From: Vulcanimicrobiota bacterium
Lineage (GTDB): Bacteria > Vulcanimicrobiota > Vulcanimicrobiia > Vulcanimicrobiales > Vulcanimicrobiaceae
Direction of reading: 5' to 3'
DNA: 64,000 nt
NCBI GenBank assembly: GCA_963733295.1
Contig: CAVTCS010000005.1
Span: 32,001 to 96,000, forward strand
The translations under genes were made by a program, and so were the position numbers. This document shows positions 29,142 to 40,354 of this stretch, piece by piece; position 1 is the stretch's first letter, and every line of letters starts with the position of its first letter. The notes under the pieces were generated by a model. The model was not told the DNA's origin, did no database searches, and saw only the letters and a list, made by a program, of their open reading frames with translations.

Positions 29142-30206
29142 ATGGTTCGTTTTGTTCGAGAGCAGTTGGGCCGCCTCGCACCTTGCTTCGTCGCATCGGC
29201 TCTTATCGCACTCGCGTCGTGCAGCAGCAACTCGACACCCACGGGGCAGCCCGCGTCGTCTGTCAGCCGGGCGCTGCCTGCGGCGGGTTCGGAACTCATT
29301 TTCCCGCCGTTCGCCGGGTTCAGCGGCAACCTCATCGTTCCGACGAACGATGCGGCGGCGAGCACGAACGTCAAGCTTGCAAGTTACAACCTGCAGCCGT
29401 CCCGGGCACCTTTCCCACAGAGTGCCACGCGAGAGATCGGCGCCGAGCTTCATCGAGCCGCAACGACGCCCGGCGGAGGCACGGTGATCTTCTGGGAGTC
29501 ACTTTCCTTCACGCAAGCCGTGAATTTCGACACGTATCCCATGACTTCGTTCACCTTGCCGGGCAGCATGTCACCCAGCACGACGGGTTTCTCACTCGAA
29601 ATGCTCGACGGCAACAGCGGGGCACTTTTGAACGAGTGGACCGGACCTACGATCGTGGGCCAAACCCTGACCTTCGCGGCGAGCAGCGGACCAGGTTTGC
29701 AAGCAGTAACCGGTGACACGTACTGGCTCGAGCTCATCTCAACACCGTTTGTAGGGCCGACTGCGACACCGTCGGGACCAACCCCGACACCCTCGGGACC
29801 AACCCCGACACCCTCTCCATCGGTAGCTCCCACCGCCACGCCGACGCCGTCGCCGTCGCCGTCGGGTCCAACGCCGACGCCGAGCCCGACTCCGGCATCG
29901 CCGATCGTTCTCAGCCCCACGGCCGGTGTGGTAGGGAACAACAGCGGCTGCTCGGGCGCACCTGCGTCCTACACGTTCACGGCAACCGAAGCCGGCTACT
30001 CCGGAGTGCTTACGGCGACGGCGCCATCGTTTGCGCCACACCCGCAGCAGTTCACGGTATCGCCCGCTTCGGTTTCAAGCGGCGGCACGTTCACCGTCAC
30101 CGATTCGAATCCAACGGAGGCCCTGGGCATCTGGAACGTCACCGTCACGGATACCCTTGGAAACTCTGCCATCGAATCGGTCACTTCGGCCGTCTGTTTG
30201 CCCTGA
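29142..30206 (+). CDS. Lipoprotein with Pro/Thr/Ser-rich linker
   Basis: LASC lipobox; TPSGPTP repeats, including a 21-bp direct repeat at 29772 and 29793. Confidence 0.8.
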   Translation: MVRFVREQLGRLAPCFVASALIALASCSSNSTPTGQPASSVSRALPAAGSELIFPPFAGFSGNLIVPTNDAAASTNVKLASYNLQPSRAPFPQSATREIGAELHRAATTPGGGTVIFWESLSFTQAVNFDTYPMTSFTLPGSMSPSTTGFSLEMLDGNSGALLNEWTGPTIVGQTLTFAASSGPGLQAVTGDTYWLELISTPFVGPTATPSGPTPTPSGPTPTPSPSVAPTATPTPSPSPSGPTPTPSPTPASPIVLSPTAGVVGNNSGCSGAPASYTFTATEAGYSGVLTATAPSFAPHPQQFTVSPASVSSGGTFTVTDSNPTEALGIWNVTVTDTLGNSAIESVTSAVCLP

Positions 30207-30220
30207 CGATCCGTTAGCGA

Positions 30221-30259
30221 GGAAGGGGAGCGGGCCGGGCTCGACCGCTCTCCCTTTCC
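30221..30259 (+). terminator. Probable intrinsic terminator hairpin
   Basis: GGAAGGGGAGCGG...CCGCTCTCCCTTTCC inverted repeat just after the lipoprotein stop. Confidence 0.5.
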
Positions 30260-30385
30260 CGGCAACGCTCCGCTAGCGCGAAAGTCTTCGCTTGGGTAGG
30301 GGTTCAACCCAAACACAGGCTCCCACGTCGCTAGTACCGTCGACTTGGGACGGAAACTTCGGTGCTGAGGGGAAGAGTCGCGGGA

Positions 30386-33178
30386 ATGATCGCGCGACCT
30401 CTCAGCTGCCGCTTCTTCATCGGTAGACGCTTGGAGTTCGAGGTGCTCGATCTGGCTAGGCGCGAGCTTGCGAAGGGCCGGGGCGCGGTCGTCCTTGTTG
30501 CGGGCGACGCCGGCATCGGCAAGAGCCGGCTCGTGGCCGAGTTCGTCCGCAAGCTGCGCAGCGGCAGGCTACGAAACATCGCGAGCACCGAGTGTCTCGA
30601 GCGGGCGCCGCAAGCACTCGGTCCGATCAGAGCGGCTGCTGCCTCGCTCAAGCGCACGCTACGGGCCAAGGAACTCCCCGACGACGTCGCGCGCGCGCTC
30701 GAGCAACTCGGACTCGGCGGTCGCGGCACGCAGCCAGCTGCCGAGCCGGCGCTCGACAAGGCGGAACTGTTCGCGGCGCTGGCGAGCTTCTTCAAAACAT
30801 GCGCCGCCGAGCGTGCCACGATCGTCGCAATCGAGGATCTGCAATGGTCCGATCCCTCAACCTTGGACTTCCTCGTCTATCTCGCGCCGCGAATCGTGGG
30901 CTCGCGTCTGCTACTCGTCGCGACCTATCGCTCCGACGACGCCGAAGGCGACGGTCCGCTGCGCGGCGCGCTGGCGCGGCTGGCGCGCGAGCCCACCGTC
31001 CTGCGCCTCGAACTGCAAGCGCTTGCGGGCGGCGAACTTCGCGAGCTGATCGCGGGCGCACTCGACGGGCAACCCAGTCTGCCGGCGAAGACGCTGCGCG
31101 ACGTCGAAGAGCGCTGCGAAGGGAACCCGTTCTTTGCAGAAGAGCTGCTGAAGAATGCCGTCGAGCATCGGGATGCTTCGCAGCCGGCGGGTCTCCCGCT
31201 ATCGATTCGCACGGCGATCGTCGAGCGGCTCGAGGGACTTTCCGATGAAGATCGAGCCGTCGTCGATCGGGCAGCGGTATTGGGTCAGCGCTTCGACCCG
31301 CTCGTCCTCGCGCGAACGCTTGGAAGCGAACTCAACGCGGTTCTGCCCGCTCTCCGGCGTGCCCACAAACTCAACATCCTCGTCGAAGACGACGGGGAGC
31401 GCATCCAGTTCCGCTTCCGTCACGCCCTCATGCGTCAGGCCGTCTACGAAGAGATGCTGCGCATGGATGCACGGCAATTGCATGCCGAGACCTTAGCGAC
31501 GCTCGAGGCGCTCGACGAATCCGAACGCGACCTCGAAGCGCTCGCCTATCACGCGTGGGAGGCACGCGACGGCGCGAAAGCCTTGCGCTACAACGAAGCT
31601 GCCGGAGAAGCTGCGCTCGCCGTTCACGGTTTGGCCGAAGCGCGCGTTTGCTTCGCTCGCGCGCTCGAAGCCGCACAAGAACCGGCCGACCAGGCGCGTC
31701 TTCTCGAACGGATCGGCTTCGTCGCCCAGCTTCAGGGCCTCATCCGCGACGCGCTCGAAAGCTTCGAAGCTGCGTTCGAGATCTATCGTGAGATCGAATC
31801 CTTCGACCACGCCGCCGACGTCGTTCGCGCGATCACCTCGGAGCGCAACAATTTGGGAGACCGGCGCGCGGCGGAACTCGGGGTCGCTTTTCTGGCCGAG
31901 TGCGGGCCGCGCGTCAGCGCCGAACCGCGAAATGCGTTACACGCACTCTTGGCGCGCGTCCTCTGCATCGTCTACGATTTCACGCAAGCGCGCGAGCAGT
32001 TGGCGGCGGTAAGCGACCCGGCGAATCTCCCGCCACGAGCGAAACAGAACTACCTGATCTCGTGGATGGAGATCGCTTGGTTTGCGAGCGATGCCGCAAC
32101 CTGGTCGCGCTTTGCATCGGATCTCATCGAGCTCGTCCCCGCGCTTCCGCCCTTTCTTGGACTGATGGCGCTGTATGCGACGGTACTGAGCGGCGCGTCC
32201 CTGGGGGAGCGACGGGTCATCGATCGAGCGCTCGCGCTCGCCGGGCGCATCGCCTCGAAGCGCACTTTCCAATCGATGCGCGTCTACGGTGCAGCGGTGC
32301 GCGCGATGGACGAATACCTGCGCGGACGCCTGGAGGAAGCGCGCCGATTTGTCGTGGAAGCGCTTAGCGATACGGAGGCCGCCGTCTCGCAGATGGCGCT
32401 CGCTTTGTCGGCGCCGCTCATCGCCTCTGCGCTCGACGACCCGACGCTGATGACGGAAGGGCTCGAAACGGTCGTCGCCGATGCGCGCCGGAGCGCTTCG
32501 TCACCCGACGATGCCGCGATTCTTTCTGCGTCCGCCGCATGGTCGGCAAGTCGCGGTGCACTCGCTTTGGCACGTTCGGACCTTCGACTCGCGCTTGCGT
32601 GTCTGCCGCATGCACTTCCGTACAGCGGCATTCCGTTCGTGGTCGCGGCCGAACACTTCGATCTCTCCCAGCTAGAGCAGCTCGAGCCCTTGTTGGATGC
32701 GGAGATGCCCGCGGACGCCCGCGCCGGCCGCTCCCACGCTTTGCTCGCGCGAGCGATCCTCGCCGGGCGAAAAGGAGAACGCGTCCGCGCGCTCGCTTTA
32801 GCCGAAGAGGCGGCTGCCGGTTATCGCTCGCTGGACTGGCCGCTCTTCGAGGCGCGCGCGCTCGAGTTGGCCGAGCGAGTCGACGAGGCGCGACGAATCT
32901 ACGAGCGCTGCGGCGCACGTGCTGCCTTGAACCGCTTAACGCCAGCGCCCGCGAAAGCCGCGGATACGTTGCCCAGCCTGTCGAGTCGCGAGCGCGACGT
33001 CGTCGAGCTCGTAGCTCGAGGACTCTCGAACGCCGCGATCGCCGAAGACCTCTCGCTCAGCGTCAAGACGGTCGAGAAACACATCGCCGCGGCATTCACC
33101 AAGCTGGGCGTGCGTTCGCGCGCCCAGCTCGCAACGGCTTACACGCGCGGCGCGTTGAAGGCTGAGGAAACGGGTTGA
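30386..33178 (+). CDS. LuxR-family large ATP-binding regulator (AAA_16 STAND + C-terminal LuxR HTH)
   Basis: FIGR..E, GDAGIGKSRL, IEDLQWSD, EGNPFFAEEL, FRHAL, LSSRERDVVELVARGLSN..IA..L.LS.KTVEKH. Confidence 0.92.
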   Translation: MIARPLSCRFFIGRRLEFEVLDLARRELAKGRGAVVLVAGDAGIGKSRLVAEFVRKLRSGRLRNIASTECLERAPQALGPIRAAAASLKRTLRAKELPDDVARALEQLGLGGRGTQPAAEPALDKAELFAALASFFKTCAAERATIVAIEDLQWSDPSTLDFLVYLAPRIVGSRLLLVATYRSDDAEGDGPLRGALARLAREPTVLRLELQALAGGELRELIAGALDGQPSLPAKTLRDVEERCEGNPFFAEELLKNAVEHRDASQPAGLPLSIRTAIVERLEGLSDEDRAVVDRAAVLGQRFDPLVLARTLGSELNAVLPALRRAHKLNILVEDDGERIQFRFRHALMRQAVYEEMLRMDARQLHAETLATLEALDESERDLEALAYHAWEARDGAKALRYNEAAGEAALAVHGLAEARVCFARALEAAQEPADQARLLERIGFVAQLQGLIRDALESFEAAFEIYREIESFDHAADVVRAITSERNNLGDRRAAELGVAFLAECGPRVSAEPRNALHALLARVLCIVYDFTQAREQLAAVSDPANLPPRAKQNYLISWMEIAWFASDAATWSRFASDLIELVPALPPFLGLMALYATVLSGASLGERRVIDRALALAGRIASKRTFQSMRVYGAAVRAMDEYLRGRLEEARRFVVEALSDTEAAVSQMALALSAPLIASALDDPTLMTEGLETVVADARRSASSPDDAAILSASAAWSASRGALALARSDLRLALACLPHALPYSGIPFVVAAEHFDLSQLEQLEPLLDAEMPADARAGRSHALLARAILAGRKGERVRALALAEEAAAGYRSLDWPLFEARALELAERVDEARRIYERCGARAALNRLTPAPAKAADTLPSLSSRERDVVELVARGLSNAAIAEDLSLSVKTVEKHIAAAFTKLGVRSRAQLATAYTRGALKAEETG

Positions 33179-33179
33179 G

Positions 33180-34100
33180 TTAGAGCGCTGCGCTCGCGAC
33201 GACCGAAGTCGCCTCTTGCGCCAGCTTGCTGTGCCGCTTTTTGCGATCCATCAAGCGCAGGACCATCGGGGTCAAGATCAACTGCATCGCTAGATCCATC
33301 TTCCCGCCGGGACACACGATCGTGTTGGGACGCGACATCATCGAATCGTGCAGCATCGAGAGCAGGTACGGAAAATCGACGCCGGCCGGCTGCCGAAAGC
33401 GGATCACGAGCATGCTCTCGTCGAGCGTCGGAATGGCACGCGCGATGAACGGGTTCGAGGTGTCGACGATCGGAACGCGCTGGAAATTCACGTCGGTTTT
33501 CGAAAACTGCGGACAGATGTAGTTCACGTAATCCGGCATGCGTCGCAGAATGGTGTCCACGATCGCCTCATGGGAGTGTCCGCGCGCAGTCTTGTCGCGA
33601 TGGAGCTTTTGAATCCATTCGAGATTGATCGACGGCACAACGCCGACGCACTGATCGACGTGCTGCGCGACGTCGACCGAGTCGCCGACCACCGCGCCGT
33701 GCAAGCCTTCGTAGAAGAGGAGATCCGTATCGGTGGCGAGTTGCTCCCAAGGAGTAAACGTGCCGGGCTCTTGCCCGAACGGTGCGGCATCGCGTTCGTC
33801 GTGAAGGTACCTCCGGCATCGGCCGGTTCCGGTCTGCGCGTAGTCGCGAAAGAGTTGCTCGAGCTCCTCGAAGAGATTGGCCTCAGGGCCGAAGTGGCTG
33901 AAGGCGTGTTCGCCGCGCGCATGGGCTTGCGCGATCTCGTGACGCATCTCAGCCCGGTCGTAGCGATGAAAGGCGTCACCCTCGACGACGGCGTGGGTGA
34001 TTCCCTCGCGCCGGAAGATTTGCTCGAAGGTTGCGCGGACGGTCGTAGTGCCGGATCCCGAAGAACCGGTTACTGCAATGATAGGGTGCTGAGCGGACAT
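33180..34100 (-). CDS. prk: Phosphoribulokinase (proteobacterial CbbP type)
   Basis: PIIAVTGSSGSGTTT, EGDAFHRYDR, SHFGPEAN, LLFYEGLHG, NLEWIQKLHRD, ILRRMPDYVNYICPQF, NFQRVP.VDTSNPF. Confidence 0.95.
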   Translation of the reverse strand: MSAQHPIIAVTGSSGSGTTTVRATFEQIFRREGITHAVVEGDAFHRYDRAEMRHEIAQAHARGEHAFSHFGPEANLFEELEQLFRDYAQTGTGRCRRYLHDERDAAPFGQEPGTFTPWEQLATDTDLLFYEGLHGAVVGDSVDVAQHVDQCVGVVPSINLEWIQKLHRDKTARGHSHEAIVDTILRRMPDYVNYICPQFSKTDVNFQRVPIVDTSNPFIARAIPTLDESMLVIRFRQPAGVDFPYLLSMLHDSMMSRPNTIVCPGGKMDLAMQLILTPMVLRLMDRKKRHSKLAQEATSVVASAAL

Positions 34101-34207
34101 AACGGCGTGCCTTCCTTAGTGTCAGGCCGGCGCATCGCCAAAGGAGGCGGTGGCCGGGATTATGCCACGCCAATAGTTAACAGTCAAATACATTTTTACG
34201 GTGGATT

Positions 34208-34225
34208 CATAAGTTCTAGCTTATG
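34208..34225. promoter_or_regulatory. LysR/CbbR-like inverted repeat upstream of prk
   Basis: CATAAG-TTCTAG-CTTATG in an AT-rich patch about 110 nt upstream of the prk ATG. Confidence 0.55.
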
Positions 34226-34266
34226 CCACTGCTCCGCCCGCTCCGGAACGCGCTGAGCGGCGGGTT

Positions 34267-35943
34267 TTAGGCGATCGTCAGCGGGCGGTAGCGGATGCGA
34301 TGTGGGCGAGCGGCTTCTTCGCCGAGCCGCTCGACCTTGTTGGCTTCGTACTCTTGATAGTTGCCCTCGAAGAAAAAGACGCGCGAATCGCCTTCGAACG
34401 AGATGATGTGCGTCGCGATCCGGTCGAGAAACCAGCGGTCGTGACTGACGACCATGACCGTCCCCGCATACTCGTGGAGCGCGTCTTCCAGCGCGCGCAG
34501 CGTTTCGACGTCGAGATCGTTCGAAGGCTCGTCCAGCAGCAGAACGTTTGCGCCGCTCAGGAGCGTCTTCGCCAGGTGCAGGCGCCCGCGTTCGCCGCCC
34601 GAGAGCGAGCCGACGATTTTCTGCTGATCGCCGCCCTTGAAGTTGAACCGCCCTAGATACGCACGCGTCGGCATTTCGAACTTCCCGACCATCACGAGGT
34701 CGAGACCGCCGCTCAAGTCTTCGAAGACGGTCTTCGCGTTGTCGAGATCCTCGCGCGTTTGATCGACGAGCGCGAGCTTGACGGTCGAACCGACGCGAAC
34801 TTCTCCGGCATCGGGTTTCTCTTTGCCGGCGATCATGCGGAACAACGTCGTCTTGCCGGCGCCGTTCGGTCCGATGATTCCGACGATCGCGCCGGCCGGA
34901 ATCTGGAAGCTGACGTCGTCCATGAGAAGCCGCTCGCCGTACGCCTTGCGTACGTTCGAGAATTCGATCACCTGATCGCCGAGCCGTTCCGCTACCGGGA
35001 TGAAGATGTCTTGCGTTTCGTTGCGCTTTTGGTACTCGTAATCGGAAAGCTCGTGGAAGCGCGCGATGCGGCTCTTGCTCTTGGACTGACGGCCCTTCGC
35101 ACCCGAACGAATCCACTCGAGCTCGCGCTTGAGCGCCCTTTGGCGTGACGATTCCGCCGCTTCCTCTTGCGCTAAACGCTCTTGCTTCTGATCGAGCCAG
35201 GAGCTGTAGTTGCCCTTCCAGGGGATGCCTCGACCCCGATCGAGTTCGAGAATCCATTCGGCCGCGTTGTCGAGGAAGTAGCGGTCGTGCGTGATCGCGA
35301 CGACGGTACCCGGGAAGCGTTGCAAGAACTGCTCGAGCCAGCCAACGCTCTCCGCGTCGAGATGATTCGTTGGTTCGTCGAGGAGCAGCATGTCCGGCTT
35401 CGAGAGCAACAAGCGACAGAGCGCGACGCGCCGCTTCTCGCCGCCGGAAAGGACCGAGACCCGCGCGTCCCAAGGTGGCAAGCGCAAAGCGTCACCGGCA
35501 ACTTCGAGCTGCTGCTCGAGCGCATCGCCGTCTTGCGCGAACAGGATCGCTTCGAGCTTCGCTTGCTCGGCGGCGAGCGCATCGAAATCTGCCTCGGGGT
35601 CGCCGTACTTCGCGTAGACCGCATCGAGCTTGCGACGCGTTTCGAAGAGTTCGCTGAGCGCTTCCTCGACGGTTTCCCGGACCGTCTTGTCGGCGTCGAG
35701 CTTCGGCTCTTGCTCTAAGTACCCGATGCTGAGGTTTGGAAGCGGCTTCGCCTCCCCTTCGATTTCCGCGTCGACCCCGGCCATGATGCGCAGGAGCGTC
35801 GATTTCCCCGAGCCGTTGAGCCCGAGGATTCCGATCTTCGCGCCGGGCAAAAAACTGAGAGAAATGTCTTTGAGGATCTGACGCTTCGGCGGGACAATCT
35901 TGCCGACGCGGTACATCGTGTAAACCGGGTTGCTCACGAGCAT
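34267..35943 (-). CDS. ettA: Energy-dependent translational throttle protein EttA (ABC-F)
   Basis: VPPKRQILKDISLSF.PGAKIG, two ABC cassettes, GNYSSWL, ELEW.R...KGRQSKSK.R. Confidence 0.95.
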   Translation of the reverse strand: MLVSNPVYTMYRVGKIVPPKRQILKDISLSFLPGAKIGILGLNGSGKSTLLRIMAGVDAEIEGEAKPLPNLSIGYLEQEPKLDADKTVRETVEEALSELFETRRKLDAVYAKYGDPEADFDALAAEQAKLEAILFAQDGDALEQQLEVAGDALRLPPWDARVSVLSGGEKRRVALCRLLLSKPDMLLLDEPTNHLDAESVGWLEQFLQRFPGTVVAITHDRYFLDNAAEWILELDRGRGIPWKGNYSSWLDQKQERLAQEEAAESSRQRALKRELEWIRSGAKGRQSKSKSRIARFHELSDYEYQKRNETQDIFIPVAERLGDQVIEFSNVRKAYGERLLMDDVSFQIPAGAIVGIIGPNGAGKTTLFRMIAGKEKPDAGEVRVGSTVKLALVDQTREDLDNAKTVFEDLSGGLDLVMVGKFEMPTRAYLGRFNFKGGDQQKIVGSLSGGERGRLHLAKTLLSGANVLLLDEPSNDLDVETLRALEDALHEYAGTVMVVSHDRWFLDRIATHIISFEGDSRVFFFEGNYQEYEANKVERLGEEAARPHRIRYRPLTIA

Positions 35944-35996
35944 TCCCATTCGCGGACCGCTGGGCTCACTCCGTGCGTTAAGGAGACCGAAATCCG

Positions 35997-37684
<1,688 letters not shown>

Positions 37685-37718
37685 TCACGAAACGACCGGG
37701 CCTGGAGGGACATCTCTC

Positions 37719-38123
37719 ATGTCGTTCATGGACAACATTTCCAAGGCGGTCAGCGGCCTGTTCGGCGGCGCGGGCGGCGCTGACGCCGGAACCGCGGCGC
37801 AGAACCTCGCAGGTCATCTCAACTCGATGGATCCTGCGACGCTCGGCACGTTCGGTCAGCAGCTTTTGAACACGTTCACGTCGCACCCAGGTTATCCAGG
37901 CGACGGAACTCAAGCGGCGGCCGCGGCCGGAACGACCCCCGAAGCGGTTGCATCAGGCGCGCCCGGCGCGATCGGATCGCTCATCTCCTACGCGCAACAG
38001 AATCCGCAGGTGATGCAGGCGTGCATGACGGCTTTCCAAGAGAAGAATCCGGCAGCGCTCGCGCAGTTCGCACCCGGCTTAATGCAACACCTCACCGGCA
38101 AGCCTCCCGAGGGGACGGCCTAG
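37719..38123 (+). CDS. Hypothetical protein
   Basis: ggagg RBS; Ala/Gly-rich helical ORF starting MSFMDNISK. Confidence 0.7.
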   Translation: MSFMDNISKAVSGLFGGAGGADAGTAAQNLAGHLNSMDPATLGTFGQQLLNTFTSHPGYPGDGTQAAAAAGTTPEAVASGAPGAIGSLISYAQQNPQVMQACMTAFQEKNPAALAQFAPGLMQHLTGKPPEGTA

Positions 38124-38579
38124 CTACTCGACGAGCCAGCGTTCCTGGCCGTGCGGACGCGCGTGGATTTCGTGTGGCTCGAACCAAATCGCGATCTCGC
38201 GCTTCGCACTCTCGGGCGAATCGCTGGCGTGCACGAGATTCCGTCCAATCGTTTGACCGAAATCGCCGCGAACCGTGCCCGGCGCGGCTTTGATCGGATC
38301 GGTCGCGCCGTTGGTGGTCCGGCAAGCCTCGATCGCACCCGCGCCCTCGACGACGAGCGCCACGATCGGCGCGCTCGCGAGAAACTCGACGAGACCGCCG
38401 AAAAACCGCTTGCCTTCATGTTCGGCGTAGTGTCGTTTCGCTCGCGCTTCATCCACGACCATCAGTTTTAGCGCGGCAATCGTGTAACCGCGGCGCTCGT
38501 AGCGCGCCAAGATCTCGCCGACGAGCCCACGCGCGACCGCATCCGCCTTGCAGAGAACCAGGGTTTGTTCGTTTGCCAT
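38124..38579 (-). CDS. ndk: Nucleoside-diphosphate kinase
   Basis: EQTLVLCKADAV.RGLVGEI, HYAEH.GK.FF, APGTVRGDF, NLVHASDS.ESA.REI. Confidence 0.97.
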   Translation of the reverse strand: MANEQTLVLCKADAVARGLVGEILARYERRGYTIAALKLMVVDEARAKRHYAEHEGKRFFGGLVEFLASAPIVALVVEGAGAIEACRTTNGATDPIKAAPGTVRGDFGQTIGRNLVHASDSPESAKREIAIWFEPHEIHARPHGQERWLVE

Positions 38580-38624
38580 AGCGCCCCGTAGGTACGCGCT
38601 GCCGCTCGATGAAGCCTGTGGGCG

Positions 38625-39356
38625 ATGTTTGTCGTCCGCTCCGTCGCCGAGACCGGCAGCACCAACGACGATGCCGCGAAGCTGCTGGGCGAAGCAGAAG
38701 GCGCCGGACTCGTGTTCGTCGCCGACTACCAGAGCGCGGGACACGGGCGGCGCGCGCGCGACTGGATCGCGCCGCGCGGTGCCGCGCTGCTCTTTACGGC
38801 GATCCTTCCCGGCGTGCTCTCGGCCAAGGCGCTCTGGGCACTCCCCTTTTGGACCGGGCTCGGCGTGGCCGACGGCATTGAAGCGGCGACCGGCTTGCGC
38901 GTCGCGCTGCAGTGGCCGAACGACCTCTTGCTCGAGGGTCGCAAGTGTTGCGGCATCCTGTGCATCTCGCGCGTGGCCGGAGCGGAAGCTTGGGCCGGGT
39001 GCGGCGTCGGCCTCAACGTCGTCCGGCCCGAGCGCGATGCGGCTCTCGAAGGCATCGTTCCACCGCCCGCGTTTCTCTCGGAGTTCGCACCGCACCCGGA
39101 GCGCGAAACGATTCTCGATGCAATTCTCTCATCGTTCCAGCGGCGAATGCCCGAACTGGCGAACCCGCAGCAGGTCGCTCGCGCCTGGGAACGGCGGACG
39201 AATCTCGCCGGGACGCCCTACCGTATTCTCATCGACGGCAGCTCCGATCCGATCGACGCCGTAGCGCTGCGCTTGGGCGACGAAGGCGCGCTTGTGGTCG
39301 ACGACGGGCAGGCGACCCGCAACATCGCGCTCGCCGACGCGCGCGTCGTGCGTTAG
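38625..39356 (+). CDS. birA: Biotin--protein ligase without HTH (monofunctional BirA)
   Basis: TGSTNDDA, ADYQSAGHGRRAR.W, WPND, GRK..GIL, GVGLNV. Confidence 0.9.
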   Translation: MFVVRSVAETGSTNDDAAKLLGEAEGAGLVFVADYQSAGHGRRARDWIAPRGAALLFTAILPGVLSAKALWALPFWTGLGVADGIEAATGLRVALQWPNDLLLEGRKCCGILCISRVAGAEAWAGCGVGLNVVRPERDAALEGIVPPPAFLSEFAPHPERETILDAILSSFQRRMPELANPQQVARAWERRTNLAGTPYRILIDGSSDPIDAVALRLGDEGALVVDDGQATRNIALADARVVR

Positions 39357-39883
39357 CGGCTTGCGCGAATGCGCTTTTCGCAGGTCTCGCAGAAGTGCGA
39401 GCGCTTGTTGTCGGTATCGTAGATCGAGTTCGAGAAATACATGGCGCAACGCGCGTCGAAGCAATGTTTGAGGCCGAGGGCGTGACCGAGGTCGTGGACC
39501 GCTTCCTTCAGCGTGCGTTGGAAAAGGAGGTTGTCGTCGTTCTTTTCACCGTAGAAGTCGTTGCGCAAGCGGTGCAACGAGACGATCGCGACGCGGTGTT
39601 CCTCGCTCGCATCGCCGAAGACGAACTGGTGCGAAATCTTGTAGAGGTCGAAATCCGTGATAGCCAGGCGCAAGCCGTCGAGCGGTTGCGTCGCTGAGAC
39701 CACCCGGCTTATGAGCGTATTAAGGAACATCTGCTTGCGTACGCCGTTGAGCGCCGAGCGCGGGACGCGCAGCGTGCCCTCGACGGTACACGTAAACAGG
39801 AAACGTTCCTCAAGACAGAGCGCGAGGCGCGACAAAAAGTCCGACTCGATCGTATTGATCGGAACGATCCCGATTTGACCCAC
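39353..39883 (-). CDS. Archaemetzincin (M54)-like Zn protein
   Basis: FVFG.A...A.VSL.RL, KEAVHDLGHALGLKHC...C.MYFSNS..DTD.K...FC..C. Confidence 0.88.
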   Translation of the reverse strand: MGQIGIVPINTIESDFLSRLALCLEERFLFTCTVEGTLRVPRSALNGVRKQMFLNTLISRVVSATQPLDGLRLAITDFDLYKISHQFVFGDASEEHRVAIVSLHRLRNDFYGEKNDDNLLFQRTLKEAVHDLGHALGLKHCFDARCAMYFSNSIYDTDNKRSHFCETCEKRIRASR

Positions 39884-39988
39884 CTACCGCACCTACCAGA
39901 CGTGCATGGAGAATTGAGGCTATGTTTGCCTCTCCTGCACTGGAAACCTCGTAGAGAAAATGCGGCGCCCGGCCGCGAAAGGCGCGCT

Positions 39989-40354
39989 ATGATCGTAGGA
40001 ATCGGAACGGACCTCGCCGAGGTCGAGCGCTACCGCTTCGACGAGTCCGCGCTGGCCAGGTTCGCGCGGAAAGTCTATACGGAAGAAGAGATGAGTTACG
40101 CCTTGCGCAAACGTCATTGGGCCGAACGCCTCGCGGGCTTCTTCGCTGCGAAGGAGGCCACGCGCAAAGCCTTCGGATTCGCGATTCCGTGGCGCGAAGT
40201 CGGCGTTTCGCACGAGCGCAGCGGTAAACCGGTCCTCCGTTTCTACGGAGCGGCGAGTGCGTTGCTCGAACGGCGCGGCGTCACGCGCACGCACCTCACG
40301 ATCACCCACACCGCGACGATGGCGGCGGCCTTCGTGATCCTCGAGCGCGATTAG
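39989..40354 (+). CDS. acpS: Holo-[acyl-carrier-protein] synthase
   Basis: MIVGIGTDL, FAAKEA..KA.G, SGKP.L, HLTITH. Confidence 0.95.
   Translation: MIVGIGTDLAEVERYRFDESALARFARKVYTEEEMSYALRKRHWAERLAGFFAAKEATRKAFGFAIPWREVGVSHERSGKPVLRFYGAASALLERRGVTRTHLTITHTATMAAAFVILERD

Noticed and set aside
38625..39356. BirA as inactive because of GHGRR and QWPND variants
   Set aside because: The KxxGIL lysine and other motifs are intact; the substitutions are plausible natural variation.
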